NCBI RefSeq assembly: GCF_000150275.1
Contig: NW_002060947.1
Coordinates: 2,345,740-2,409,739, forward strand
Direction of reading: 5' to 3'
Origin: Trichoplax adhaerens
Lineage: Eukaryota > Animalia > Placozoa
DNA: 64,000 nt
Each line of letters starts with the position of its first letter. Positions within the stretch are counted from its first letter, which is position 1. The notes below the pieces were generated by a model. That model saw only the letters and a list, made by a program, of their open reading frames with translations. It was not told the DNA's origin and made no database searches. This document shows, one piece after another, positions 1-14,210 of the stretch. Made by a program: the position numbers and the translations under genes.

Positions 1-3000
1 CCAATATCAATTTTTGCTCTTTCACTCATTCCTTGTTTGTAGGCTTGTCGACAAACATCAACCTAAAAATTTGGAGTGATATTGATGAAATTGTACAGTT
101 AATTTGCTCAATTATGACATAAGAATATATAACCTAATCAGAACGTAGATAAAATTAATCAATTAGGACATAAGAATATGTAATCAAAGAGGATAAATAT
201 ACCAATTGCTTCGGACTAATATGCAGTAGAATACGGTCGGCATTTTCGCTATCATGTCTGCTTTCCATGACCGCTAACAGTAGCTTTGAGGCATTATTCT
301 AGTATCATAGTAATATACCATAGAATAGAGTTAAAACAAATAAATAACACTTAACTTTAAAGAAAGCATACTTTAAGCTCCAGCACCAAATCCATGCGAT
401 GTTTTCCAAGTGGATTAATGTCATTTAAAACGAGGGCAGTTATGATGTCAATTCCGTTAGATTCATGCGATGCGATACAGTTCTATTTATGTAAATTCAA
501 TTTTGAAGAATTTAATTATAGTCAACTCTCAAAAATTAGTCCATTGAGTGTTGGTAATTGAAAGCAAACGCATTACTTGATTTTCGTGACAAGGACCCTG
601 ACAATACTCTGTTAAGCTCTCTAGGCACTGATTAATAAGACCAACATTATGCTCATTGATGTACAAGCCGAGAAGCCCTAAACCCCCACTGGTACTGCCA
701 CAAATACAGTCTAAAAATTGCAACGCTTCCAGAACAAGGTTATAGTTGGTCTTATTATCCTGCTTCCGAATATAGTTCTAAACAGTTATAAGGATTAACG
801 AAAGCATAAATTAATCGACAGGATCATTGTCCGCTTTATCCAAATGCGAACATGTAGTGTATCGCTATACAACATTCGGTAAAGGTAAGGAAGTATCATT
901 ACCTGTAAGTCTAGATTGTGGTTTTCACATAGTAACTGCAAGAAGCGTAAAATCGGACCCATGCACATTATTTCAGGCGCCATCATGGCTTTTTTCGCAT
1001 CACTTTTTAAATTTTGGACTCCCGTTCCGGCTAACATTTCTGATGAAACTGCTCCACTACTACTAGATAAATTATGACCAGAAGATCTAGTGTTACTACC
1101 ATTGCCTTGAGTGCCGTAGTTTGACTTTTGTCCATCAGTAACTGGAACGCAAGCGAATGACAAATGTTTTTTAGAGTTTTAGCCAAACGGAATCGATGCA
1201 AATACTAAAGTTACATGGGACTATCACAAGTATTGCCTACCTTGGTCGGTAGTCATTAAGCTAATACTATTTTTTATTTCTAATTGCGCTTCTTTCATTC
1301 TATCGCAAATGCATTTGAAAAAGGCTTCGGATTTCGATTGGCAAAATCGGTCAAAAAAGGACGCCTATTTTAAGAAGGGAGTTATGTAATCACTTCAAAT
1401 GCATATCTAAATCTAGAATATTGAAACAATGTAAAAATTTAAAGCTTTAAGGTAACCTGTATAACACTATTTCCTCCTTCCAAAAGAGCAATTCCAAGCT
1501 CTATACTTTCTAAGAAAACTCGACGACTGATACTCGTCATTACAAGATCAATCACTAGATCAGACGCCCCGTTTTTATCAAGCTGACATTGAATCTGGCA
1601 AAGGGTCATGTCAATTCGGGACAGCTTTACATTTCCGGGATGAGAATCAACATGAACAGAGATTCGATCCATTTTCGGCTTTCCTAACGAAATAACACCG
1701 TGGGCTCTACTATTATTTCCTGTTGAAATTTCACCATTACTTGTTAGTTTCAGACTGCCATCAATACTCGGCCTACGAAAATTCTTTCCGAAGTATCTAA
1801 TTAATAAGTTGTTACGTAATTCTTCTCCCTGGGTTTGTTAAAATAATAAATTTCCAGTTATTTAAGCGCTTTAGTGATTCCTGAGATATAATGGTTTAAT
1901 CGAGACTACCTTGTTATTAAAGCCAACGTCGACAGTCATCATCTCTCTTAAAATTTGTAGGACTTTCAAGCATAAATTCTCTTCACCTTTGTCCAATAAC
2001 TTCTTCGTATGTTGAATCAGCCTGTCATGAAATTTTATCGGGTTTAACCACATAAATTGGCCAATAAAAGTAATCAGTACCAAAGCATTAGTAACAGGAG
2101 AAAAACAGGGTGAATCAGCCAGAAAAAAAGCAAAGTTCCTACTCACTTTGATATGAAGCCGCCATTGGCACACTGGGTTCTAGCTTCAGTTTGTACAGGA
2201 AATACCAACTCGGGCCGATACAGTACATCGACTAGTACTGACATTTCTGCATCTACTAACGGCTGCAACTGGTCTTCAAAGAGGCTAACAATATCCTAAT
2301 ATTGACAAAAAATCAATAATTTATATAATAATTTGTCAAATAGACTATTTTAGTAGATTTATTACGAACTTGCAATCCTTCGATAATGTTTCGATAATCT
2401 CGATTTTGAGAATTGATGGAATCACGACGGTTTTTGCTATGGCTGATCCATTGTTTTGTACTCTTCATTGCCAATAAGGATTTGCTAAATAATGCGTTGA
2501 CCTGGCTGTCTAGATCTACAGGTATAGCTATACCACGATTTTTTGCTATAGGGAAACGTACATTAGATTTAACATCGGTTAGTTGTATAATATCATAATT
2601 GGTACACAAAAGATCAAAGAGAAGTGTCTGCACGCCACGTATCGATGCAATTATATATTCGTATATAATAAGAACAACCAAAATAAGATAGCTTAGTCGT
2701 TTAATAGCAATAGGAATATCACAATCGATCAATAATTGACATTGATATTTTAATCTGTAATACTGACATACCGACTTCTGCTAATACTCTGATACAAGTT
2801 TCCACATGATACTTTTGTTGACCATTAAGCCATCGACATAAAGACACGCGATATGATCCTTGTAAAATTTTAACAAATATAGGTTGGCGTGTCTATAGAA
2901 TGGCAAACCATATCATCTTAGCTTACACTATAGTGAACGTCTATACTCAACACAAATACAGAACATATTTCGTATTAATGAAATCGTTCTACCTGTAGAG

Positions 3001-6000
3001 TTGTACTAGAATCTGAAAATGGTGAGCTAAAGAAAGATGTTATGATCGTCATTATAGTTTCAGTAACATATTTTTCTAGCCGTAAATCTGCATGTCTACG
3101 ATCGATTGATTGGCATACCTGAAAAAGAAACAAGTAAAAGATTATCTGTAGGTCTCTTAAGAAGTGCAAAGTGAGAATAATTCTGGTTTTAGGACATTAC
3201 CAAAGCCATATCTATTAAGAAATTTTCGAACAAAGTCCACATATGATGGCTAGTATAAATTTCTTTCATTTCCACTTCGGTGTCGACGTAGCAATGGTTT
3301 AAGAAATTAATGTATGCAATTTTGACCTGTTTCGAGAGAATTCGTTAAAGCATAATGAATCTTAACCAGGTCAAAAATAAGATCCCACCTCAGGCAAGCA
3401 GTCTTGGTCACACACAATTTTAACTGTATCATCCAAGGGAAGCAGACTGTGGCATTTGATTTCGGTATAAACATTCTTTCCTTCTGTACAACATGCCAAC
3501 AGATGTACAAGATTAATATGGTACGACAAAGCCCCGCTATCTTCAAAACGTTCACGCTCCGATCTCATCATTTCAATGAACCCATCAAAAGACGCTTTAT
3601 CGTTATAAAATAATAGTACTTCTTCCCCGACGTTAACAAGCTGTAAAGTATTTACATACATTACGACACTCGAAGAGCAATGTAGAAGTATTTGATTGAA
3701 TAGTAACGTATACCTCAGCCATTACTAGATCTTGTGTTTTACGAATATACTGGCTTTCCGCCTTAACGATCGTTTGCAAAAACTTTAAATATTGCACGTG
3801 TCGACCGTGCGTTTCAATGCAGTGGACGAAATGTTGTACAACCCTCTCGGTTATTTCGTTACAAAGATTAGAGTTATTCAGAAAGATACTCCGTGCGGTT
3901 TCTGCTTCCAGTAACTAAAATATATTGAAGTCGAAAAAAGGTAGATTTAAATGCACGATGACATAAATAAATATACCTTTTATTGACTAAATTTACTCTA
4001 CGTTTATCTAGAAATTACCCCAGGGGTCAAAAATAGATCCAAGTATTTATGAAGTATAGCCTGATTAGCTGGATTACCAAAACAAAAGTTCTGCAAAAAT
4101 TGATGTGCTAACTTCATGATTTGTTTCATCTTACGGTCGGAGGCCTAAAGAAGTGCTGGCGTTAATCTATCAGTATAGCTTAAGCAGGACATGAAATGAA
4201 CTATCAAACCTTGTCGTACGGGATCTGTAAGAGTTCTAGAACCACCGTATGTGCGCCTAGATTTCTTAGCAACCGTTGTTCATGTTTTCGATTTTTATTC
4301 GTACTTTCAGATATACATAATTTACTTAACCGTTCCAGAATCTGAATGATAAAAATTATTTACACAGATAATTTTATCTTCATGATTGATCAATCTCAAA
4401 ATGAAACTTTTATGCTCTAAGATACAACTTACCTGTTGAATTTTGGAATAGTTCTGAACTGATTCATTGTCGCCAAAGGATTGCTCCAAGTCGATAGAAG
4501 GGTATCTTCCCAGCGCAGCATTCTTTTCTATAATAGCTTGTATGTTCTTTTCTAGATTCTAAGTACAAACAGTTGTGCTTATTGGACGCAATTTCAATTT
4601 CATAAAGATTCCTGACAAATAAGGCTAGCCTTACAACATCTGTGTTATCATTTGCCTTGTTCTTTTCTTGGTTCTTGGCGTTGTTATTCTCCTTTTCAGC
4701 AGATTTCTTTGAGTCTGTCTTAGACTTTTTCTTCTTGTCACCTTTAGCGTTACTCTTGCTTTTAAATACCCATAACTCTGATTTCTCAACTAGAAGTCGC
4801 AATTGATCTAGATCCTGCTTGATTTGTTTATAATTTTCAATATCGCTCTTCGATACTAGTAATTGAACCTAGAACACAAAGGATATGCTTTACTTTTTCA
4901 ATATTACACTTATATTAGCTATAATAATCGTATTCCTAATAAGTCAAAACGAATTCCTGAATTAATTTCAGAAGGGCGAAGGTGCCTGATTGTGGAGTCT
5001 ATATAATTTGACATCGAACAAATAACTGATTGCAACTCGTAGTTAATAAAACACTAACCCTGAGCCAGCGAGATTCTAACATATCTATTCCTTATAATAG
5101 TTCGTTAGTGTTCAGTACATTACCTTACTTGAGAAATACTCTATACGGTCATATAACAAAGAGCTACTACCTGAGAGATGTATCTGGTCTTCTAATAACT
5201 TAGCTTTCAAATAACTGCATTACATGAACATGTACGTAAGTATACAGTATCACCATATAGCTTCAAAGGTTGTAAGAAATCGTAAATTATATTATAGATT
5301 ATGATTCGAACATGTACTACACAGAACGAAGTATTTCGCTTTGTAGCGATAACATTTTAACAGAAGGTGCTCTTGTTGCACTCCTAAGATGCAAATATTG
5401 GAAATTTATAGTACAAACCATAACGACAAACCTGTTTAAAAGCCTGGAGTACTTCTTGTCGTTGACTGAAGTGTCTAAAAAGCAATTGTAATGCACCAGA
5501 CACTAACGGAGCGTAATCGTGCATAGTCAAATACAGCAGAACTCGAAGAAAAGTTCGACCACCACAACCATCTAAGTCCAGGTCAATATTCCTGTTCAGA
5601 TGTCGAGAATTTAGTGGTCTAAAACGAAAAAAGAATTGTAGAAAGTTGTGTTTGAAGTAATTACCCCATGCTACCGAAAATCTTTTCAGCCTCAGCGCTT
5701 ATTTTCTCTAAGTCCACGCCTACTCTCCAATATTCCATCAACGGTGAAAATTTTCCATTAACAGTAAGTAGAAAGTAGTTACTGGTTTCAAATACGTTAT
5801 GACGTTACAGTATCAAATTAATTTCAGAAATTGCCACCGTACTATCTATTAAAAGTGACTATGTAACATACCTGGTTTTGTGGTTCCTGCAACACTATTT
5901 GTCGTAGCGCCTTTCTCCCCAAACTCTCGTTTAAACATCGATAATAAGCAAGAAATCCGGTAGTCCAGACGGACGTCCATAATAAATTGCAAAATTTCAA

Positions 6001-9000
6001 TTATTTTCAATTTCGTATTCATGACGAGTACGTCTTCTGATTTAGTTTTCCCTATGCTACCAACTTGCGAGACCATTTCGTGTGTTGCAGCTGGTGCGTC
6101 TCTTCGATTCGTACTCGCATTATTACCAACGATAATGTTAGTCATAACAGATCCTACACCATGAATAGATTTTATTACACTATTCGGCCACTGCGGATTT
6201 GGGAGTGCAGCTGATAAAGATTCCATATATAATACAAATTTTAGATCATGTAGTATCACTTAAATTAAGAGAAGATCATCAATTTAAGCCAACCTATAGT
6301 GGTCTCTTTATTAGCTTCAGGAACGACATCACTTTCAGATATGTTAACAGGCTGTTGACAGTCAAGAATGGATAACAACGTCTTGTTCAACCTTAGTAAG
6401 TCGCTAAAGCTGTAAAATCCGAATTGGATCAATTTTGACGCTAGTTGTACCACCTAACCGACAATTGGAAATAAGTACTGTATTGGTTCTAGCATAACTA
6501 CATACAGGAAGCAAACTTTTCAAATATTGTGAGTATATGAATGATAAATTACTTGATAAGTAAGCTTATTTTGTTCCTTGTTGTGATGGTTCCAGTTGGT
6601 ACCAATCACGTTAGTTAAATAACCTTCTACAAATTTTATCGTGCTTGCAAATTTCGAAGTCATATCTTCTTTTACTTTTTGTTCCATTAAAGACTTATCG
6701 TATCTGTTTAAATATTCGTAAATCTAATTAGTACTGCTAGTGCAATAGACACAGAAAGCTAAGTTCAGATTGCCACAAAGGCATTCGGCGAATGGTAGGA
6801 TCACATAACTTACTCTTCAATAGTTATTTTGGTCGGTATTTCAGCCCACAAACGGGCGTATTTAACAGGGGTTACAGGCTCTTGAGGATCGCGGTCTACG
6901 TGCATATGTAACATCAAACGAGTAAAAGAAGCCCGAAGATCGCAGGGTAAAGCTTCATCCGACATACACCTAGTGATATTATTTTGTTTGCCCATTGAAA
7001 AAAATAAACAGTTGCAAGGACGTGAATTCTTTAATGCGTCGGTGATTAATTTGTACACTTACCGACGGATAAGGTCGATATCTAATTGTTTGCAAAGACT
7101 ATTGATAGCCAAGTATTGGCGGTCCAGACACATTTGCGAGAATAAATCTAATTGGTATCTACAAAGCAGGGAATTACAGTCTTCACATGTACTGTAGAGA
7201 CACTATGATAAAGTATCGGGATTTTACAATTTATATTACTACTACTTACCGGTAGTACTTCAAAAGTTCGATGTCTTCCCTGTTTCCTTCATGGGCTCCT
7301 TGTGCTAGATCTCTTTGGCTTTTACTGAAATTACCGTCACGCGAGCAGAGATACACTTTGCTATCGGATTCTTCATTGATGATCCTAATAATTAGCAGGT
7401 AATGTAAGCAAGATTCCAGAATTATGACATTGGAATAAGGCTATGCTCCAGGATTAAAATCCTAAAGTTAGTATAATAAGACAGGTACTGTACGTCATAT
7501 GCAAAACACTGTTGTACGTTTACTTTGTTTCAAACAAGATGTCGGAATTCTCTTTGCTCAAGACAGCTTTACAAATGAGTTCTTGTGTGGCGGGTATGGC
7601 AGTATTGTTGGACACACATAAATCCGATAAATAATCTAGAAATCTTAATAACAAGAGTAGTTTAACACCATTTTCGAAAAGGTTAAGTTTTATTGCACAT
7701 AAATTTTGTTTTGCTTACTCTTTATTACGACGGACTAGGTTTACAAAGGTGTCAATCTCTTTTGCTGTAATATGCTTTTCAAGTAATTTTCTGTTATTGT
7801 GTAACAGCGCAGTAATGGTGTCTTCAGCAAGGACGTCATATCCGATTTGTTGTTGCATAAATCCAAATTGTTTGGCAATGTATTCCTTCAACACAAGAGG
7901 TGTAATCAAATTGAATGCTTATACCAGAGGACTAGACAGTTTAATAAATTCACTGGTTTTATTTAGTCCTTCCCAAATACCTGATTTTTTCGATAATCTT
8001 GTTGTGAATGTCTCAGAATTCTATAGGACAGCCTACAAATATGTCTAATAGAAGTATGCCTTTGGTCTGCTAATTCCTCCATTCTGAGTAGACATCCTGT
8101 ACCAATGTCCGAAAAAGGGGCCTTGAGTAGTCGGAATACCTGTTCCAATATATTCTGTTCTCGAGTTAATTTCTGCCTTTCTCTATCAGGTTTATTAGTG
8201 GTGACAGATAGCGCATCTCCAACGGGTTCCATATCGACAATAAAATATACTACGTCCGTCAGTAACTGCGTCACAAAGCGTCTTTCAGTTTGTGAAAAAG
8301 TGCCTTTTTCTACTTTGCTTGCAAAATCGGCGAGTACCTATTATATTAGATAACATCAATAAAATTTCAGATAGGTAATACTTCAAATAGCCTCCTACTT
8401 TGCTGGCGTCGTTAGCAAAATCGAGATCTCGGACTTCTGATGCGGGCACTGGAACAATTGCAAATGCTTCCTTATCTTCACGAATACTTGCCGTTCCTAC
8501 TTTCAGCATAACCGGCTTATCTTCATCACTATCATAAGCAATTTGACTACTATGCACCCAAGTATTCGTGCATAAATGTCGTAGCCTTACGTAGCAGCTC
8601 CTGCAAATGAAAAAGGTAGTGGACAGTTATAAGAAACACGGAATATTCTTACAACTTTATACAGAATAACTACCTTGGAACCAGCGCATCACTATGTTGT
8701 AGCGTTGTTGGATCTAATTCAAAGATTGACGCGATATCATGACCATGCGGTACAGCAACCAAATGATATACAGGTCCACCAGCAGAGCCTCGTAATTTTT
8801 CGCGAGTAACATCTGGAGTTGGATCATGATCGATCTGGAAAATATCGACACGTATGACTTTGCCATTAATTAAAATAAATCTAGGTTTCATAACTGTACT
8901 AAGTCATACCTCAGCGGCTAAATACTTTCCAGTAGCCAAATGTTTAAAACGAAATAGACTATTCCAACGTCCAGCACCTCCACGACAAGGATCATGCTGA

Positions 9001-12000
9001 ACGACCTATAGGAGAGGAGTAACAATGATAAGTAAACTGATTGCATAGAGCTAACATATCACAAACAAAAGACCTCTGCTTCCCACAGCGCTTTCGAACT
9101 TGTGGCAGAAGACGCCGATGCACGTGCTGTGGTACGTAAAAACACATGCATTTTACTTTTGTAATCATCTGCGGTAAGAAATTTTTCTTGTTCCGCATGG
9201 AATAAGCGTATTACATCACCCTGTAATGACAGCATATTATTTCATCAATATAATTGATTATTCACACTGTTAGGCCATTCTACAAAAATCAGCTAACCCC
9301 CTTTAGTATGTCGTCTCTATTTTCTGAATAATCCATAAAAAGAGAGATCTTCCAGCTCGTATTGCAGTTTACCGAATTGACCTTCAATTTATATTCATAA
9401 TTTTATTACTATGCAGTCCCAATGACAGAAGATGCAGGTTGATTGATTGGTCACATACCTCCTTGCAACCAGGATTGTCTACTAGTTCATGGTTGCTTGC
9501 ATGCAGTGGCTGTCCAGCATTAACTGGGTTAACTATAACTTTGTCCCCGACAACCACCTTTACAATTCAGTACAAGATAAAATGCGGTTATTATTGATTG
9601 CATATGTGTACTATACATGCAGGAATAAAAGACAGTCTTCACTATGGAATTACACCCTTAACTTTACCAGTACTTTATAACCGTAATACTACCAACTATT
9701 TCTTAAACAGTGAGTAATACTTTAAGGTAATGACATCTTATTCCTAACGTAGAAAAAATAAGTTAAAAACACTAACGTTATCGCCAACACTCCGTAATTT
9801 GTAAAATGGAACCACATAGAACCATGATCCCTAAATAAGCAGTACATTAAGTGATATCTCAGCAATAAGATCGGAACATAGCATTATACTTAGCAATCTC
9901 ATACTTCGTTCCCGTTAGTGTCTAATGTGACTCTCATAGCATTTTTTTCCAATAAAGCCGGCAGGCGCTTATTGACGGTTAAGTATTTATTACTCTTGAG
10001 ATGCAACAGCTGAGCAAATATGTATAGTGTTAGAGAGACATTTTGACAGAGAATGCAAATTGTTTGTCATACCTGAATTACATTTCCGTACTGAATTGTC
10101 GTACCAAGAAGTTTTCCGTATTCTTGTTCATTTTGTTTCTTTTCCATTTCTGCTGCATGCTAACAAGTTCATAAATCAAGAATTTACAAGATAGGCATGC
10201 AATAAAATTAAAAATTTTTATGCTACACTTCTGCAATTTTTTATAAAGCTCATTGCTTTACTTGACATAAAAGAATTGTGGATACTGTAGTGCTTCACGT
10301 GTCATGATATATTTTCTACATTATCTGTACAAATTGTTTATATAGTGACAGCACCAATAATATCTGAGATAACTAAGGCTATTTAATAACGATATGAAAG
10401 CTAGTGTGATGCGATAAACACGGATAAGATTTTTGTCGCTCATATGTAATACAAGCAATATACATGTTTCTTAGTCTAACAAACTGCGTTATTATTTTGT
10501 ATTTCCGTATTTCTTTGATCAAATATGAAAATTTAAACACTCGTAATAGTGGGCAAGAAAAGCGGCTAAGCCTGTAAACCAGATTGAGTAATTTAATTCT
10601 GTTAATCTCTAGCTGGCCTACTTAACCCTCCATAATTGCCTACGAAATAAAGTGGCGCAATACAGCAAAACATTCTACCGACAAATCTAAAAGTGATATT
10701 TTCTGCATGCTAGTTGAATAGAAACTTATAAATTATAAGCAAGAATGATGGAATATAACAAATTCTGCATTTGCAAATGGTTTTCTGTTACAAATACAGT
10801 GCGATAAATATTTACACTATTTAGCACACTCAGGAGTAGATATTTGTAAAATAAATCACTTACACTTGATAAGAAATGAGATGCTTCCTCGTCAGAAGCG
10901 CAGACATACGGTATGTAATATAATACATGCATACTCATACATATTGAATACTTGCAGGTGATAAAAATTGTTTGAATACGCTGTACATCGTCCTGAATAA
11001 TCATATTGACAGCATTATCTAACTCCATCTATACATTCTCGTTTCTTACGTGTAACTTTTTAAGTAATACAGCATCGGTAGCAGAAGATAATGTCGGTTT
11101 AGCGGCTTTCCAGAATTGCTTTTGTGCTGAGTAGCGTGACATTGGACATATCTTAAATAAGCAATCTGTTGAATAGGTCAGATATTAGTCAAAAGCAAGT
11201 AAAGACTTCTAATCAAGTTTCGTAATATAGAATTTGTAACTAAGAAATTACTTTAACACTAGATCCTCTATGTCGTAGACAAAGCGACATACATTATTAC
11301 ATGAATATGTGATTCGAAATACAGAAGGTAATAGCGAATTATATTGCATCTGCAGGGTAAACACCATTATGTGCTAGTTAGGCTAGTGAGTCGGCAGCGG
11401 AAAAGATATCGACTAATACATAATTTATCGTACTATGCTACAGTGAATACTACTAGATTGCGTTATTTATCATTATCCATTATTAGATGATAAATGCAAT
11501 TAACTTTAGGAGTATCGAGGTATCTGATAAGATAGTGACTCAGTTGCTAACAATGTTTCGACGTTACTATCAAATTTTATAATAATTTTCGTACTTATTT
11601 AAAGACACTTTATCAACAGGATTATAAGACAGTTCCATCGTTGACATACTGTAGGTGATATCTAATTCAGCGTTACAGTAAGTGAAGTACGATGAACACT
11701 ACTATATACAGTAATTTTGAAATGATCTAATAGAGGCTGCCTCAACAGAATTTTGATCAGTTGATCACTAAAAGTTTTACTGACAATATATTTAATCGCC
11801 TAGAAGTATGAGTATCTCGTTACAAGGCAAACGGCTGTAAATACGATTAAATCTTGTACACATCGAATAGTACATTATTATGACGACATCGTTAGTTAAT
11901 CAATCAAAGCTTGTTTGCACACGACTTAAACGCACCCCGAAATTTTTTTGGGGGATTTGCCAAATCACCAGCGTCTGGCTGCACCACACATCGGTCATCA

Positions 12001-14210
12001 ACTAAGCTGGAAAATTATAATTTAAATTTATCAAGTATAAATATAGAACAATTTAGTAAACAAATAGCGATTTATGAAACATTCTTTAATAAGGATACTA
12101 AAATAGTCAACCAAACATGGTATCTTATAGCGATAGAAGTTAGCTATGGTTATAATTATGATTTGGCGCTATGGACTACATCAGTTGTAACTTATTTAGA
12201 CTACCAGACAATTACAATCAAAACTTTAAAATTCGTCGGCAATAAATGAAAACGTTGGCACGAAAACTATAAAAGCTAAATTTGAAGCCCCCTTATCACT
12301 AATTATCTCAGATCAAAGTTTACCTTACGATAAAATACGGCACGGTGTATTGCAGCTATAGTATTATATATGTGAACGGAAACTATCGGGTATGAATAAT
12401 TCTAAGGTAAATAATATTATTTATTTAATAGAGGTTACATTTAATTGTAATGATGACTAGAAAATGATAGTGATGTAAACGTACATTCCTCTTAATGAAA
12501 AGCTTCCAACATTTGCATGATATTTTCTTTAAATTAATATACTACGATATCCGTATTCTTATTATAACCGTTTGCAGTGCTTCGCTAAACTACTACATTA
12601 CCATTACTTGACTAGTAGCGAAGCTTATGAGTAGTGACAAGCGCAACTGACCCATAGTACAGCCATATTAATCTGTCATACTTAACCGTAAATCACTCTA
12701 TGTGATGACAATAATTGAGGGAGTTCTCAACTGAGGCTAAAGTTTGGAGCTAAGCTACCAGCATTACTTGGAATTGCTTCTAGTTTATAAGTCACGGCGA
12801 GTTTTACTGATTATTTGAATGTTGCTGTAGAGAAGCAAAAGGTATTCACTCTCAGACATGGACTAAACGCGGTTGCCACCGTAGAAGTAATGTCCAGTCA
12901 TAGGTTATTTTGCTTCAGAACTGTAAATGACTGAGTGTTACGATATAAAATAGTTCTGGGTAAGACTAGCATCAACTCTTATATTTATATTAATCCTACA
13001 ACGGTACAAACTCATTACTCTTCAGTATAGGAAGACGACAGTGGATAGTCAGTACTACAGGTGTACCTCCATTTGCTCAGTTGGTTGATGCACACTTGTA
13101 TAATGCACAGTAGAGACTTTTAAAGCATAGAGAGTGTATGTTATCAACCTTTTTCGTTAATAGTAGGCAATAGTTCTTGTCGTGCAAATACGTGGTGAAA
13201 TAGTAAACATTGATATTGTGCTAGGGTACTGTTAACTGATCATGATCAGGCCTAATCACTTTAGTCCGACAATTGCCAAGTGAAATACTGAACTTACGGT
13301 TTCTAATATAATCATATGAATCATTGCAACCAGAATAAAACGCAGATACTTAACGATACATATGATATAATTGATTGGTATAGTTAGTAGTTTACAGCAT
13401 GGATAAATCATTTATTCGAAAAGTAATTTGATTTATGAGCCCAGCAAGTGCACAAGTCTACATCGAACGTTCAATGTTCATGGTTATGCGTTTGTAAGGT
13501 GCAATCAATGTGTTGTAAATAATGACACCAAATATCTCGTATGTTCATGGACGTACTTTCTACGGTGCACAGTTTGATGCCGTGACAGTAACGCCAGCCC
13601 TATGCATTTCTGATTTGATTTATAGGGATTTAGCGGATTTTTAACAAGATAAATACTATAATTAATCGATACTACGGTTGGAGATTATCACGCAATCGCT
13701 TCATTATAGTGGTTGCCCCAAAGTACAGTACAAAATAATACTGTATTGTACTTGTATAAGGGTAAAACGATACCATACTGTAAGCACGCTACACATTACT
13801 ATATTGTACAAGCGTAGTACAGCACTATCATTTGAAACACCACTGGTACTGTACGAATACACGGAACAATGGTTCAATGAGTAACTGTGGTAGCGTGTGC
13901 ATTGACTTTTAACGAACCCATTATCGTAATAAAACGTCAGTCATAAAGTAAAATTGGCAGTGTCTATCTTCAGAAAGAATACAAATATTAGGTAGACATA
14001 CATTAGAATCTGAGATCATAGAAAATTACTATTGCAAGTAAAATACAATAAAGATCTACGCATGTAATATACAATCTACAGTATTTGTTGTAAAATGCTA
14101 GTAAATTACTTTTCTTACCCTAATGTGCAAATAAATCCGCAGACCGTCCCTTCTGCATATAGAGATGCGATATCTCCAACGTGTAAAAATCTAGCTCCTG
14201 ATTCAGTCAT
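1..14210 (-). CDS. ITPR: Inositol 1,4,5-trisphosphate receptor, multi-exon, 3'-partial (channel domain lies beyond the left edge)
   Basis: Exon 1 (14119-14210) reads [31 protein letters not shown]. Later exons give [118 protein letters not shown] and [16 protein letters not shown], all ITPR hallmark motifs. Introns checked are GT-AG. Confidence 0.98.
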
